Positions 1 through 8,938 are shown, numbered from the stretch's first letter. The stretch is DNA of 32,000 nucleotides from Crocosphaera subtropica ATCC 51142 (GCF_000017845.1 NC_010546.1:3791019-3823018); one strand, 5' to 3'. Notes: generated from the letters alone by a model not told the origin. A program made the numbers and translations.

Positions 1-137
1 AGTTTCAAGATGATTTATCCTCTGATCAAATTGAATCAGCTATCTGCCGAATTGAAGACACCATTCGGGCTTCTCATGGTGAGGTTAAACGTATCTTTAT
101 TGAGGCTCGCTCAATTACTTGTGAACACAAAAGTTGA
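1..137 (+). CDS. 3' end of a gene entering from upstream; probable C-terminal cytoplasmic domain of a cation diffusion facilitator (CDF) family transporter (partial)
   Basis: Frame 3 is open from the window edge to TGA at 135-137. It reads FQDDLSSDQIESAICRIEDTIRASHGEVKRIFIEARSITCEHKS*. The D-x-L-x3-IE-x2-I-x-RIE-x2-IR ... IFIEA pattern resembles CDF C-terminal tails from memory. It is not in the ORF track because no start lies in the window. Confidence 0.4.
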   Translation, partial: FQDDLSSDQIESAICRIEDTIRASHGEVKRIFIEARSITCEHKS

Positions 138-358
138 TAATTGCTTTTTCACCAAAACTAGCTAGTGAGGATAGGCAATCGGCAATCGGATTTTAGTTTG
201 AGTTGAACTGCTATTAATACCTTTATTAATAAAAGTTTATCCTATAGTTAGGGTAGGATTTCAATTTTTCAACAAATTCTTATATACTGGGAGAGTGAAA
301 CTTTTTCTATTAACAAAAAGTAGTTTCTTCTAGAAACAGTCAACTCCAAACAATTAAA

Positions 359-1411
359 ATGCTTAAACGTTATCAAAGTCTCTTATTATTATCACTGATT
401 ACTATTATAATATCAGGAATTACCTTGTTTTCTTCTGCCTTATCAGCAGATCAAACTTGTGTTTATCATGAAGAAGCTTATCAAGGAATCAATTTATCTA
501 ATTTAGGTAACGAATTAGAACAGACGGGATTATTAGGAGAAATTCACGGGGCTGTTCCTGAAGAAAATATATTTGTTTTATCTGTTCGTGATCCCAATAA
601 TTTTTTTAAGTTTCAACACTTTTCTGTCATTCCTGGTAACAAGAAAACTCAAGATATTTTAAGCAATGTTCAAAGACATGCTCAAGTTTGTTTACAAGGA
701 AAATTAATTAGAAATCCTAGTCCACAGCCCCATATTGTCGTTAAATCCGCTGTTATTATGGAGTCATGGGATGGGTTAGAAGGATATGAAAATTATAAAT
801 ATCAAGCAGATATACCAGCAGAATTAAAATATAAAAATAACGCAACTTTTAAAGTTCATGCCATTAATAATGAAGGAAAAATATTAGTAGTAGAATATAA
901 AGATAAAGTCTTACCCATTTTTGTCGAAAATCCAGACTTAACTAAAGATTTATATCGAGGAGATTTGATTACTCTGAGTTATAAAATACAACCATGGCCA
1001 AGAAAACCGACCCATTTAACCTTAAATTTAAAAGCTGAAAATCCTATCAATATGGTAGATAGATTAGTTAAACAACAGGGTGAAGAACAAACATTAACAG
1101 GAAAATTAGTTAAATTTCCTCAAAGTCCTCAAATCAAGTTTGATGTTTATGCCATAGAAGTAATGACTCAAGGATTATCTCGTTATTATACTTTAGTTAA
1201 TTTTGAAGATGCAAAAGAATTTGAAAACATTAGAAAAAAATTAGCTAATATTTGGAACAATCACTTAGATACTGTAAAACCTGGGCGAAACTTTTTAATT
1301 AATCCTAATATAAATATTGAAGCCCAAGGGAAAATTAATATTATTTCTCCTCAACAAGCTAACCCCCAAATTCTCTTAGACAATGCTACCAAAATCCAAG
1401 TTGTATCTTGA
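359..1411 (+). CDS. hypothetical secreted/periplasmic protein with an internal repeated module
   Basis: 350-aa ORF with an N-terminal hydrophobic signal-like segment (LLLLSLITIIISGITLFSSALSA). No recognisable catalytic motif. A G-[KD]-[LI]...P-x-P-[QT]-[IH] module recurs 3-4 times. Very AT-rich. Confidence 0.6.
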   Translation: MLKRYQSLLLLSLITIIISGITLFSSALSADQTCVYHEEAYQGINLSNLGNELEQTGLLGEIHGAVPEENIFVLSVRDPNNFFKFQHFSVIPGNKKTQDILSNVQRHAQVCLQGKLIRNPSPQPHIVVKSAVIMESWDGLEGYENYKYQADIPAELKYKNNATFKVHAINNEGKILVVEYKDKVLPIFVENPDLTKDLYRGDLITLSYKIQPWPRKPTHLTLNLKAENPINMVDRLVKQQGEEQTLTGKLVKFPQSPQIKFDVYAIEVMTQGLSRYYTLVNFEDAKEFENIRKKLANIWNNHLDTVKPGRNFLINPNINIEAQGKINIISPQQANPQILLDNATKIQVVS

Positions 1412-1476
1412 TGAGAAAAAAGGGGTAAAGGTTAACTGTTAACTTCAATTAACCCAATACCCACATTTTATTTAAC

Positions 1477-2844
1477 TTAAGAAACATTTGAAGCTTGTAC
1501 CGATGCTGCCTGATAAATGATGGTTTCATGGTCATCTTCAAGCTCAATTTCTGGGTCTTTTCCTGGGGTAGTAATTAAACGGGCCCCTTTGCTTTCTGTG
1601 AAGTAACTCCACGCCCATTGAATCATAACAATAAGTTTATTATCGAATTCCAACAGATAGAAAACGTGGATAAATAACCAAACAAACCAAGCTAAGAAAC
1701 CAGATAGTTTTAACCAACCCATATCGACAACTGCTTGGTGTTTACCAATAACTGCTAAATTACCCCAGTCCACATACTTAAAAGGTTTGAGGGGACGCTT
1801 TTGCAGTCTTTTACAGATTAAACGAGCAACATATTCCCCTTCTTGCATGGCAACAGGGGCGATACCAGGTAAAATTGCCCCTTTTCCGTCGGGATAATGG
1901 GCTAAATCTCCAATAACAAAGATATTGTTGTATTTAGCTAGGTGAAAATCAGGTTCAACTATCACCCGTCCCGCTTTATCTAGTTGCGCCTCAGCACAGT
2001 CAGCTAACATATTAGCAACGGGAGAGGCTTTCATCCCTGCTGTCCAAAGAACGGTACGGGTACGAATTTGCTCTAAGGTATCACCGTCACGATAGGTCAC
2101 TAACTGTCCTGTGATATCGGTGACTCTCACCCCTGTTTTGACCGTTACCCCTAATTTTTCTAGAGATTTTTGGGCTTTGAGAGAGAGATGGGGAGGATAA
2201 GCCGGTAAGATGTATTGAGGGCCTTGCAAAAGGATGATTTTAGCTTCAGATGTTTCAATATTGCGAAAATCCTCTTTTAAGGTTCCGTGGGCTAATTCAG
2301 CTAAAGCCCCGGCCAATTCAACTCCGGCTGGTCCACCTCCCACTAAGACAAAGGTTAACCAGTCTTTGCGTCGTTCAGGGTTCGGTTCTTTTTCAGCCGA
2401 TTCAAAAGCAATAAAGACCCTTCTTCGGATTTCTATGGCATTTTCAATGGTTTTTAACCCTGGGGCTTTTTCTTCCCAGTTATTGTTAAAATATTTCTGT
2501 GTTACTCCTGTGGCTAAAATGAGAGAGTCATATTTAATTTCTCGGTAACGCATTTTTACCGTTTGCCGTTCTGGGTCAATTTGAGTCACTTCTCCCATTA
2601 AAACTTCTGTATTTTTGTTTTTACTTAATAAAGCTCGTAATGGAGAAGAAATGTCTGCCGGAGATAATCCTCCTGTGGCGACTTGATAAAGTAGGGGTTG
2701 AAAAACATGGAAGTTTCGTTTATCGATTAAGGTGACTTTAACAGGGGCTTTCCCTAATTTTTGTGCTGCATAAAGTCCACCGAAACCTCCGCCAACAATC
2801 ACAACGTGATGAAGGTTATTGTCATTGTTTTGTTGCTTAACCAT
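1477..2844 (-). CDS. type II NAD(P)H dehydrogenase (NDH-2 / Ndb family, FAD-dependent pyridine nucleotide-disulfide oxidoreductase)
   Basis: Two dinucleotide-binding motifs (VVIVGGGFGGLYAA and VLVGGGPAGVELAG), IFVIGDLA, and a C-terminal hydrophobic membrane-anchor region. Start placed at Met25 of the track ORF (ATG 2844-2842, MVKQQNN...). The longer start at 2916 is also possible. Confidence 0.9.
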   Translation of the reverse strand: MVKQQNNDNNLHHVVIVGGGFGGLYAAQKLGKAPVKVTLIDKRNFHVFQPLLYQVATGGLSPADISSPLRALLSKNKNTEVLMGEVTQIDPERQTVKMRYREIKYDSLILATGVTQKYFNNNWEEKAPGLKTIENAIEIRRRVFIAFESAEKEPNPERRKDWLTFVLVGGGPAGVELAGALAELAHGTLKEDFRNIETSEAKIILLQGPQYILPAYPPHLSLKAQKSLEKLGVTVKTGVRVTDITGQLVTYRDGDTLEQIRTRTVLWTAGMKASPVANMLADCAEAQLDKAGRVIVEPDFHLAKYNNIFVIGDLAHYPDGKGAILPGIAPVAMQEGEYVARLICKRLQKRPLKPFKYVDWGNLAVIGKHQAVVDMGWLKLSGFLAWFVWLFIHVFYLLEFDNKLIVMIQWAWSYFTESKGARLITTPGKDPEIELEDDHETIIYQAASVQASNVS

Positions 2845-3082
2845 CAAAGTGTTATCTCTATTTAGATTGGAGTGATAAGATTTAGGAAAACAAATACTCA
2901 CCCAAAATTGATACATCTTTAGTGTTTAAATACAGACGCATTGAAGATTCATAATTTTGTTGAGGTGATGTTTAGAAGAGTGTTGAATTCGCTTAAATCT
3001 TACTCAATTATTAGTATAAATTACCTAAGTATATTTGACAGTGTATGTGACTACTCTTTAATTCCTACATTTCTGGTATAAT

Positions 3083-4222
3083 TTAATAAGTTAAATAATC
3101 TTTTACAATCTCTAGAATGCGATCGCTGGCTTGACCATCCCCAAAGGGATTAACCGCATTAGCCATCTGTTCATAAGCTATTTTATTGCTTAATAACTCA
3201 CTACTATTACTAACAATAGTTTGATAATCTGTGCCGACTAATTTAGCCGTTCCTGCGTCTACTGCTTCCGGTCTTTCTGTTGTTTCTCGCAACACTAACA
3301 CAGGTTTACCCAAACTGGGGGCTTCTTCTTGTAAACCGCCAGAATCTGTTAATAATAAATAACAGCGTTGAATGGCACCGACTAACTCCCCATAATCTAA
3401 TGGTTCGGTTAAAAAGACTCTGGGATGATTCCCCAATGATGCTTGGATGGGTTCTCTGACGGTTGGGTTGCGGTGCATGGGCAATAAGAGGGCTGTATCG
3501 GGAAATTTGTCTAAAATGAGGTGAAACCCTTTTAAGATATCTTGTAGAGGCTCTCCCCAGTTCTCTCGTCGATGTACGGTAGCCAATAGCACCCGATATT
3601 GATTCCAATCTAACCCTTGAACAGCACAGTTGGGTTGTTTATCTGCAACAGTTAATAAAGCATCGATGACGGTATTTCCCGTTAAATGTATGTCTCCTGT
3701 CACACCGGAACGGTTCAAGTTTTCCACCGCTAACTGAGTGGGGGCAAAATGTAACTGGGCCAGTTGAGAAATGAGGCGACGGTTAGCTTCTTCTGGGTAT
3801 GGGTTATAGATGTTGTCGGTTCGTAACCCGGCTTCAACATGGCCGATCGGTATTTGTTGATAAAATGCTGCTAAGGTAGCAGCAAATGCCGTTGTAGTGT
3901 CACCTTGGACAATCACACAATGGGGTTGTATTCTTTTAAAAATGCTTTCTAACCCTTGTAAACTGCGGTAAGTGATGTCAGTAAGGGTTTGTTTTGGCTG
4001 CATGATATTCAAGTCTTCATCGGCTGTTATCTCAAACAGTTGCATGACCTGTTCTACCATTTCCCGATGTTGTCCCGTTAAGATAACATGGGTTTCAAAT
4101 GCCTCTGAATGACGAAATTTTTGAATCACAGGGGCAAGTTTTATGGCTTCGGGACGGGTTCCTAGGGTAATACAAACTTTATAACGGGATGAAGTCATAA
4201 GTAGAACAGTTGAAGACTTCAT
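3083..4222 (-). CDS. wecB: UDP-N-acetylglucosamine 2-epimerase (non-hydrolysing)
   Basis: KVCITLGTRPEAIKLAPV, HVEAGLRT, LLATVHRREN and TDSGGLQEEAPSLGKPVLVLR are the characteristic epimerase_2 family motifs. Alternative start at Met9 (ATG 4198-4196). Confidence 0.9.
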   Translation of the reverse strand: MKSSTVLLMTSSRYKVCITLGTRPEAIKLAPVIQKFRHSEAFETHVILTGQHREMVEQVMQLFEITADEDLNIMQPKQTLTDITYRSLQGLESIFKRIQPHCVIVQGDTTTAFAATLAAFYQQIPIGHVEAGLRTDNIYNPYPEEANRRLISQLAQLHFAPTQLAVENLNRSGVTGDIHLTGNTVIDALLTVADKQPNCAVQGLDWNQYRVLLATVHRRENWGEPLQDILKGFHLILDKFPDTALLLPMHRNPTVREPIQASLGNHPRVFLTEPLDYGELVGAIQRCYLLLTDSGGLQEEAPSLGKPVLVLRETTERPEAVDAGTAKLVGTDYQTIVSNSSELLSNKIAYEQMANAVNPFGDGQASDRILEIVKDYLTY

Positions 4223-4276
4223 CTATTGTACTAGGTTATGGATTAATATTATTTGTAATTCAAAAGGAGTTAATTC

Positions 4277-4705
4277 ATGAGTTTATATGAAACGGATATT
4301 AATGAATGGGTTGAACAACAAGTTAAACTGATTAAACAAAAACAATATGAGCAAGTAGACTGGGATAATATTATTGAGGAAATAGAAGACTTGAGTAAAC
4401 GAGAAAGGGATAAATTTTTATCAGCAATTCGTCTAATTATTCATCATCTCTTAAAATGGGAATATCAACCCGAAAAACGTGCTAATTCTTGGTTAACTAC
4501 GATTCGTAGAGAACGAAATAATCTTACTTTCTATCTTGAAGATACCCCTTCTTTAAAAAAATATTGGTCAGGAAAAGAATTTGAAAGAAATTATCGTCGT
4601 GCTAAAGCAGATGCAGTCAACGAAACAGGGTTATCTGAATGGCATTTTCCTGAAAAATGTCCCTATTCCGTTGAACAAATCAAGTCAGATTGGTTACCTA
4701 ATTAA
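4277..4705 (+). CDS. DUF29 domain-containing protein
   Basis: MSLYETDINEWVEQQVKLIKQKQYEQVDWDNIIEEIEDLSKRE ... HHLLKWEYQPEKR matches the DUF29 pattern that is abundant in cyanobacteria (from memory). Function unknown. Confidence 0.8.
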   Translation: MSLYETDINEWVEQQVKLIKQKQYEQVDWDNIIEEIEDLSKRERDKFLSAIRLIIHHLLKWEYQPEKRANSWLTTIRRERNNLTFYLEDTPSLKKYWSGKEFERNYRRAKADAVNETGLSEWHFPEKCPYSVEQIKSDWLPN

Positions 4706-4726
4706 TTAAGATTAATTATTTATATT

Positions 4727-5059
4727 TTATAAAGCCCCGTTACTATATTGATTATCGAGTTCCATTACTCGACCTGGACAAATTTCATACATTTCTATAG
4801 CCACTTCATTTCCTATTTGCATAAGCGTATCTTTATTATTCATTTCTTCAAAACTTAAACTTCCTTGGTTCATCCATCCTCCCATTTCTTGAACCATTTC
4901 TTTTAGCATCGATTCTTGAAATGCTTGAGGTGATTGACTAGGAAGTTGACAAATTCTTTGAGCTAATTTATTAATTTGAGGTGAGGTGGGAAAGGCATAG
5001 ACAGAAATAGGAACCAATGCAACAGATAATGACATTAACCCAATAAAATGACGCAACAT
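4727..5059 (-). CDS. hypothetical small secreted protein
   Basis: 110-aa ORF with an N-terminal signal-like segment (FIGLMSLSVALVPISVYAFP). No recognisable family. Confidence 0.5.
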   Translation of the reverse strand: MLRHFIGLMSLSVALVPISVYAFPTSPQINKLAQRICQLPSQSPQAFQESMLKEMVQEMGGWMNQGSLSFEEMNNKDTLMQIGNEVAIEMYEICPGRVMELDNQYSNGAL

Positions 5060-5168
5060 AAAAAACCTTACTCTAAAATACTTTACTTAATAGCGTAAAG
5101 TAAACAATCACCATTGTCATTGGTACGATTACTGATTATTTTGGAAAAAATCAAGACATTTTTTGAAA

Positions 5169-5684
5169 TTATTGACCAGTTTTTTCATAGATTAAATCGC
5201 CTTGATTGTCAATCCTATCAATAAAAAGAATACCGTTAAGATGATCTAATTCGTGTTGAAAAATTCTACCAATGAAATCAGTCAATTCTTGCTGATGTAA
5301 TTGTCCATAACGATCTAAATATTCCACTGTAATTGTTTGATATCTGGGGACTAAACCCCGTATTCTCGGAACACTTAAACATCCTTCCCACCCTTTAACC
5401 ATTTCCTTTGAATGAGAAACTAAACGGGGATTAATCATTACGGTGGGTTCCATCAAGGGTGCATCGGGATAACGGGGGTTAGGATGGGAACAAACCATAA
5501 ATAAACGGTAAGATTGAGATACTTGAGGTGCAGCAATACCCACACCTTTTGCATCCATTGCTATGGTTAATAAGGTGTCAATGAATTCCTGTAATTTGTC
5601 ATCAGTTATATCGGTAACACATTGAGCTTGTTGTCTTAAGATAGGATTACCAACTTGAGCAATCTTTAAATTTGGCTTTATCAT
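5169..5684 (-). CDS. def: peptide deformylase
   Basis: The three canonical motifs are present: GVGIAAPQ, EGCLSVP and HELDHLNG. Confidence 0.93.
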   Translation of the reverse strand: MIKPNLKIAQVGNPILRQQAQCVTDITDDKLQEFIDTLLTIAMDAKGVGIAAPQVSQSYRLFMVCSHPNPRYPDAPLMEPTVMINPRLVSHSKEMVKGWEGCLSVPRIRGLVPRYQTITVEYLDRYGQLHQQELTDFIGRIFQHELDHLNGILFIDRIDNQGDLIYEKTGQ

Positions 5685-5702
5685 AGATTTTTGTCTATGT
5701 TT

Positions 5703-5728
5703 AAACGTCTATATTTATTATGACGTTT
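5703..5728. promoter_or_regulatory. short inverted repeat AAACGTC-N12-GACGTTT in the def/dnaA divergent spacer (candidate operator)
   Basis: AAACGTC at 5703-5709 and its reverse complement GACGTTT at 5722-5728. The 8-mer AAACGTCT recurs at 5921-5928, just upstream of dnaA. Arms this short can occur by chance. Confidence 0.2.
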
Positions 5729-5954
5729 CTTTTGGATGATTGGGAAACTTTCGAGAAACTGATATAATCTTATTTTTTAGCCTCCCTAGTCCCTAACCTT
5801 TATTTTTATTGTTTATTAATCTATTGTTTGATTGTTGGGATAGATTAAATTATCAATTTGTTTAAAGCAATTTTGGCATATAAGATAAAGAGATTATTTC
5901 TCTATTAAATCCTATGTCAAAAACGTCTGCCGTTGTTAAGTCCTAATATTAAGA

Positions 5955-7322
5955 ATGACTATTTCCCCTCAATATATTTGGAACCAAGTGCTTGATCGTT
6001 TAAAATTACGATTAAATCCTACTGCTTACGAAACTTGGATTGCTTCAGCGACGGTACAAACTTTTCAAGATAATTGTTTAGTCATTCAAGTAGAAAATCC
6101 TTTTATTCTGAATCATTTACAAAAAACTTATTATTCTCTGATTTTAGAAGAAGTAGAAACCATTGTCGGTTATCCTATTGCTGTAAAATTAACCACGTCT
6201 CAAGAACAAAATTTAAGAATTGTTGATAAAAATAAAGATAATCTTTCCTCAACAAAACTACAGAATAAAAGGCAGCAAGAATCCCCAAAACTGAATCAAT
6301 TAAATCCTCGTTATAATTTTTCTCGGTTTGTTGTTGGGCCAACCAATAGAATGGCTCATGCTGCCTCTTTAGCAGTTGCTGAGTCACCAGGAAGAGAATT
6401 TAATCCCTTATTTTTATGCGGTGGAGTGGGATTAGGAAAAACCCATTTAATGCAAGCGATCGCCTATTATCGTCTGGAATTATATCCCAATGCTAATGTT
6501 TTTTATGTTTCTACAGAACAATTTACTAATGATTTAATTACCTCTATTCGTCAAGATAGTATGGAAAATTTTAGGGAACATTATCGCACTGCTGATATTT
6601 TATTAGTAGATGATATTCAATTTATCGAAGGAAAAGAATACACCCAAGAAGAGTTTTTCCATACCTTTAATACGTTACATGAAGCAGGAAAACAAGTAGT
6701 CATTGCTTCTGATCGTCCCCCTAAAAGAATTCCTAGTTTACAAGATAGATTAGTATCTCGTTTTTCGATGGGATTAATTGCTGATATTCAAGTACCTGAT
6801 TTAGAAACAAGGATGGCAATTCTGCAAAAAAAAGCAGAGTATGAAAACATTAGATTACCCCGTGATGTCATTGAATATATCGCCACTAATTATACTTCTA
6901 ATATCAGAGAATTAGAAGGTGCCTTAATTCGTGCTGTTACTTATATTTCCATTTCAGGACTATCGATGACAGTAGAAAATATTGCCCCTGTTTTAAATCC
7001 TCCCATGGAACAGATTACCGCTTCTCCTGAGATTATTATCCAGATTGTTGCCGAAAATTTTAACGTTTCGGTAGAAGATTTAAAAGGCAGTTCACGCCGT
7101 CGAGAAATTAGTTTAGCTAGGCAAATTGGAATGTATTTAATGCGTCAACACACAGATTTAAGTTTACCGAGAATTGGAGAAGAATTCGGAGGAAAAGATC
7201 ACACAACGGTTTTATACAGTTGCGACAAAATCTCTAAATTGCAAAAAAAAGATTGGGATCTATCTCAACAATTGTCTGAATTAAGCGATCGCATTAATAT
7301 TGCTAGTCGGAATCAAAATTAA
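5955..7322 (+). CDS. dnaA: chromosomal replication initiator protein DnaA
   Basis: Full four-domain layout. Walker A GGVGLGKTHL, Walker B LLVDDIQF, sensor and arginine-finger region, and the C-terminal DnaA-box-binding HTH (GGKDHTTVLYSCDKI). Confidence 0.97.
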   Translation: MTISPQYIWNQVLDRLKLRLNPTAYETWIASATVQTFQDNCLVIQVENPFILNHLQKTYYSLILEEVETIVGYPIAVKLTTSQEQNLRIVDKNKDNLSSTKLQNKRQQESPKLNQLNPRYNFSRFVVGPTNRMAHAASLAVAESPGREFNPLFLCGGVGLGKTHLMQAIAYYRLELYPNANVFYVSTEQFTNDLITSIRQDSMENFREHYRTADILLVDDIQFIEGKEYTQEEFFHTFNTLHEAGKQVVIASDRPPKRIPSLQDRLVSRFSMGLIADIQVPDLETRMAILQKKAEYENIRLPRDVIEYIATNYTSNIRELEGALIRAVTYISISGLSMTVENIAPVLNPPMEQITASPEIIIQIVAENFNVSVEDLKGSSRRREISLARQIGMYLMRQHTDLSLPRIGEEFGGKDHTTVLYSCDKISKLQKKDWDLSQQLSELSDRINIASRNQN

Positions 7323-7393
7323 CACAGTAGAATACTATAGCAATAGTAATATCTTGTACCTTCGATAACATTAGTTATGGTCAGAGGAGTATG

Positions 7394-8062
7394 TCAATCA
7401 GCCCACTGACGTAAGAGATTAGCATGGGTTTTTGCTAATAAATCAAATTCTACAGATTTACCGTCTTTAGCAAAAATAGAACGGCGTACCGTGTCAATAT
7501 CAAACAAAATTTCTCGTTGAGCAGTATCTCGGATTAAACTATGAACCCATCCCACCACGACTAATCTGGTTCCTGTCTTGACGGTTTCTACCCGATGTAA
7601 AAAGGTGGAAGGATATAAAACAATCGACCCTGGGTTTAGTTTATAGGAGAGATCCCCCTCTGGTTTTTCAATAATTAGCTCTCCCCCCTCATAACTCTCA
7701 GGAGAACTCAAAAACAAGGTAAAAGAGACATCAGACCGAAAAAATTGCTGACCCCCCATCAGAGCATTATCCGTATGACTTCCATAGTGCATTTTCGGTT
7801 CATAGCGACTAAACCGTAAGGAGTGGATATGTTTTGGATGAATGGCCAGTTTGAATAATAAGTTGCGCTGTAAAGCATTGATGACCAACGCTTCTAAAGA
7901 TTTAACCTCTGGAGCAGTCTTATCGAGTTGGCTATTCTGTTTTACTAACTTAGCGTGCCATCCTGCTGTCGTTTGGCCATCAACAAAGTTGCCTTGGGAG
8001 AGAATATCCGTTAATTCGGTGAGTTCTTCGGAAGTCAGAATGTTGTCAATGGTCAAAATCAT
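7394..8062 (-). CDS. Fe(II)/2-oxoglutarate-dependent oxygenase, PKHD-type hydroxylase (PiuC/YbiX-like)
   Basis: HxD...H facial triad (GSHTDNA ... FLHRV) with a downstream Arg (GTRLVVVGW). The size and the N-terminal MILTIDNILT pattern fit the PKHD-type hydroxylase family. Confidence 0.8.
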   Translation of the reverse strand: MILTIDNILTSEELTELTDILSQGNFVDGQTTAGWHAKLVKQNSQLDKTAPEVKSLEALVINALQRNLLFKLAIHPKHIHSLRFSRYEPKMHYGSHTDNALMGGQQFFRSDVSFTLFLSSPESYEGGELIIEKPEGDLSYKLNPGSIVLYPSTFLHRVETVKTGTRLVVVGWVHSLIRDTAQREILFDIDTVRRSIFAKDGKSVEFDLLAKTHANLLRQWAD

Positions 8063-8205
8063 CTTTAAACTTGAGTTGTCGGTGGATTGTTTTCCATTAT
8101 CTCAACTTATGATCTACCTATAAGATAAATTTATTGGCAATTTTTTTCAGTTCTCTTTAAAATAGAGGCTTTAAGTTAAGATCCGATTAATTGAGGAAAC
8201 CAATA

Positions 8206-8409
8206 ATGAATTCTAAAGCTGTTCAACTATTAATTACCCTCGGTTTAGTGACTACCCTTGGTGCTTGTGGCGGTGGTGGTACTGATACAACTGCCCCTAC
8301 TGACTCTGCTCCCACTGAAGAAACCACTGAAGAACCAACCGAAGTTGAACCTGAAGCTACCACCGAAGGTGAAGAAGGTGGTGAAGGTGGCGAAGGTGGC
8401 GAAGGCTAA
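8206..8409 (+). CDS. small acidic lipoprotein with a Gly/Glu repeat tail
   Basis: ATG at 8206 is preceded by GAGGA (8193-8197). Signal peptide plus lipobox LGAC. The mature part is Thr/Glu/Pro-rich and ends EGEEGGEGGEGGEG, encoded by 9-nt tandem units. The track's TTG start at 8191 is less likely. Confidence 0.6.
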   Translation: MNSKAVQLLITLGLVTTLGACGGGGTDTTAPTDSAPTEETTEEPTEVEPEATTEGEEGGEGGEGGEG

Positions 8410-8442
8410 TCTCTGTTACCGTTTCAACCCTAGGTAATTAAA

Positions 8443-8486
8443 AGCTGTTGATTTCTCTGACATGACTCAGAAGGAAATCAACAGCT
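8443..8486. terminator. long hairpin between convergent genes (probable bidirectional terminator)
   Basis: 13 perfect base pairs (AGCTGTTGATTTC 8443-8455 with GAAATCAACAGCT 8474-8486). Five further pairs (TCTGA 8456-8460 with TCAGA 8467-8471) follow a 2-nt bulge. The loop is CATGAC. An A-run upstream gives a U-run for the minus-strand transcript. Confidence 0.5.
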
Positions 8487-8515
8487 ACTTACTATAAAAT
8501 CGAGAAAAAAACGAA

Positions 8516-8815
8516 TTATTTATTATTTACCTTAATTTGAATGGCACTGAGCATAGGGGTTCTAAATTTCAACAAAATAATTAAACTGAGGATGTGAATT
8601 AACCAATGGGAAATGACCAGTCCCCAGATAACACAAGCTAAAGCACTGGCAAACGCTAATACCCCGAAAATATCGTTTCCTGTTCGTTGGTACCAAAGCA
8701 CACTTCCAATGGAAGTGATTAAGAATAAGAATGGAAAAATTGGGAATATCATAGCGGTTACCTTTAAATCGTTGGGGTTAGTCAGATTCTTAAGAAATGA
8801 TTCGTAACGTCTCAT
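8516..8815 (-). CDS. hypothetical small integral membrane protein (about 3 TM segments)
   Basis: 99-aa ORF with three hydrophobic stretches (MIFPIFPFLFLITSIGSVLW, FGVLAFASALACVIWGLVI, WLIHILSLIILL). No recognisable family. Confidence 0.5.
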   Translation of the reverse strand: MRRYESFLKNLTNPNDLKVTAMIFPIFPFLFLITSIGSVLWYQRTGNDIFGVLAFASALACVIWGLVISHWLIHILSLIILLKFRTPMLSAIQIKVNNK

Positions 8816-8938
8816 TCCCCAATGTGTGTGTCTTGTCTATAAGGATAACATTACCTCTCTGAAAATCTGGGTAATATAAATTACCTATGGGGGATCTTGT
8901 AAAAAATCTTTGCATAACTTCAAACTTGACCGAACTTT

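Noticed and set aside
3077-3082. Perfect TATAAT with an upstream TG (TGGTATAAT) on the + strand, pointing antisense into the 3' end of wecB. TTGACA at about 3036.
   Set aside because: The TTGACA-to-TATAAT spacing is far from 17 bp. Isolated TATAAT hexamers are frequent in AT-rich DNA. There is no support for an antisense transcript.
5914-5946. 10-codon upstream ORF (MSKTSAVVKS*) ending 8 nt before the dnaA ATG.
   Set aside because: It has no Shine-Dalgarno sequence, is very short, and is easily produced by chance in AT-rich sequence. Nothing indicates regulation.
8063-8205. Possible oriC or DnaA-box cluster near dnaA (also examined 5685-5954 and 7323-7393).
   Set aside because: Only 6-7 of 9 matches to TTATCCACA/TTTTCCACA, for example GGTGGATTG and TTTTCCATT around 8082-8100. 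There is no cluster of good boxes. This is insufficient without a PWM scan and GC-skew data.
8871-8884. Perfect NtcA consensus GTA-N8-TAC (GTAATATAAATTAC) upstream of the minus-strand small membrane gene.
   Set aside because: By rough calculation about ten such matches are expected by chance in 32 kb at this composition. The nearest TAN3T box (TAATGT) is 17 nt away rather than the usual ~22 nt.
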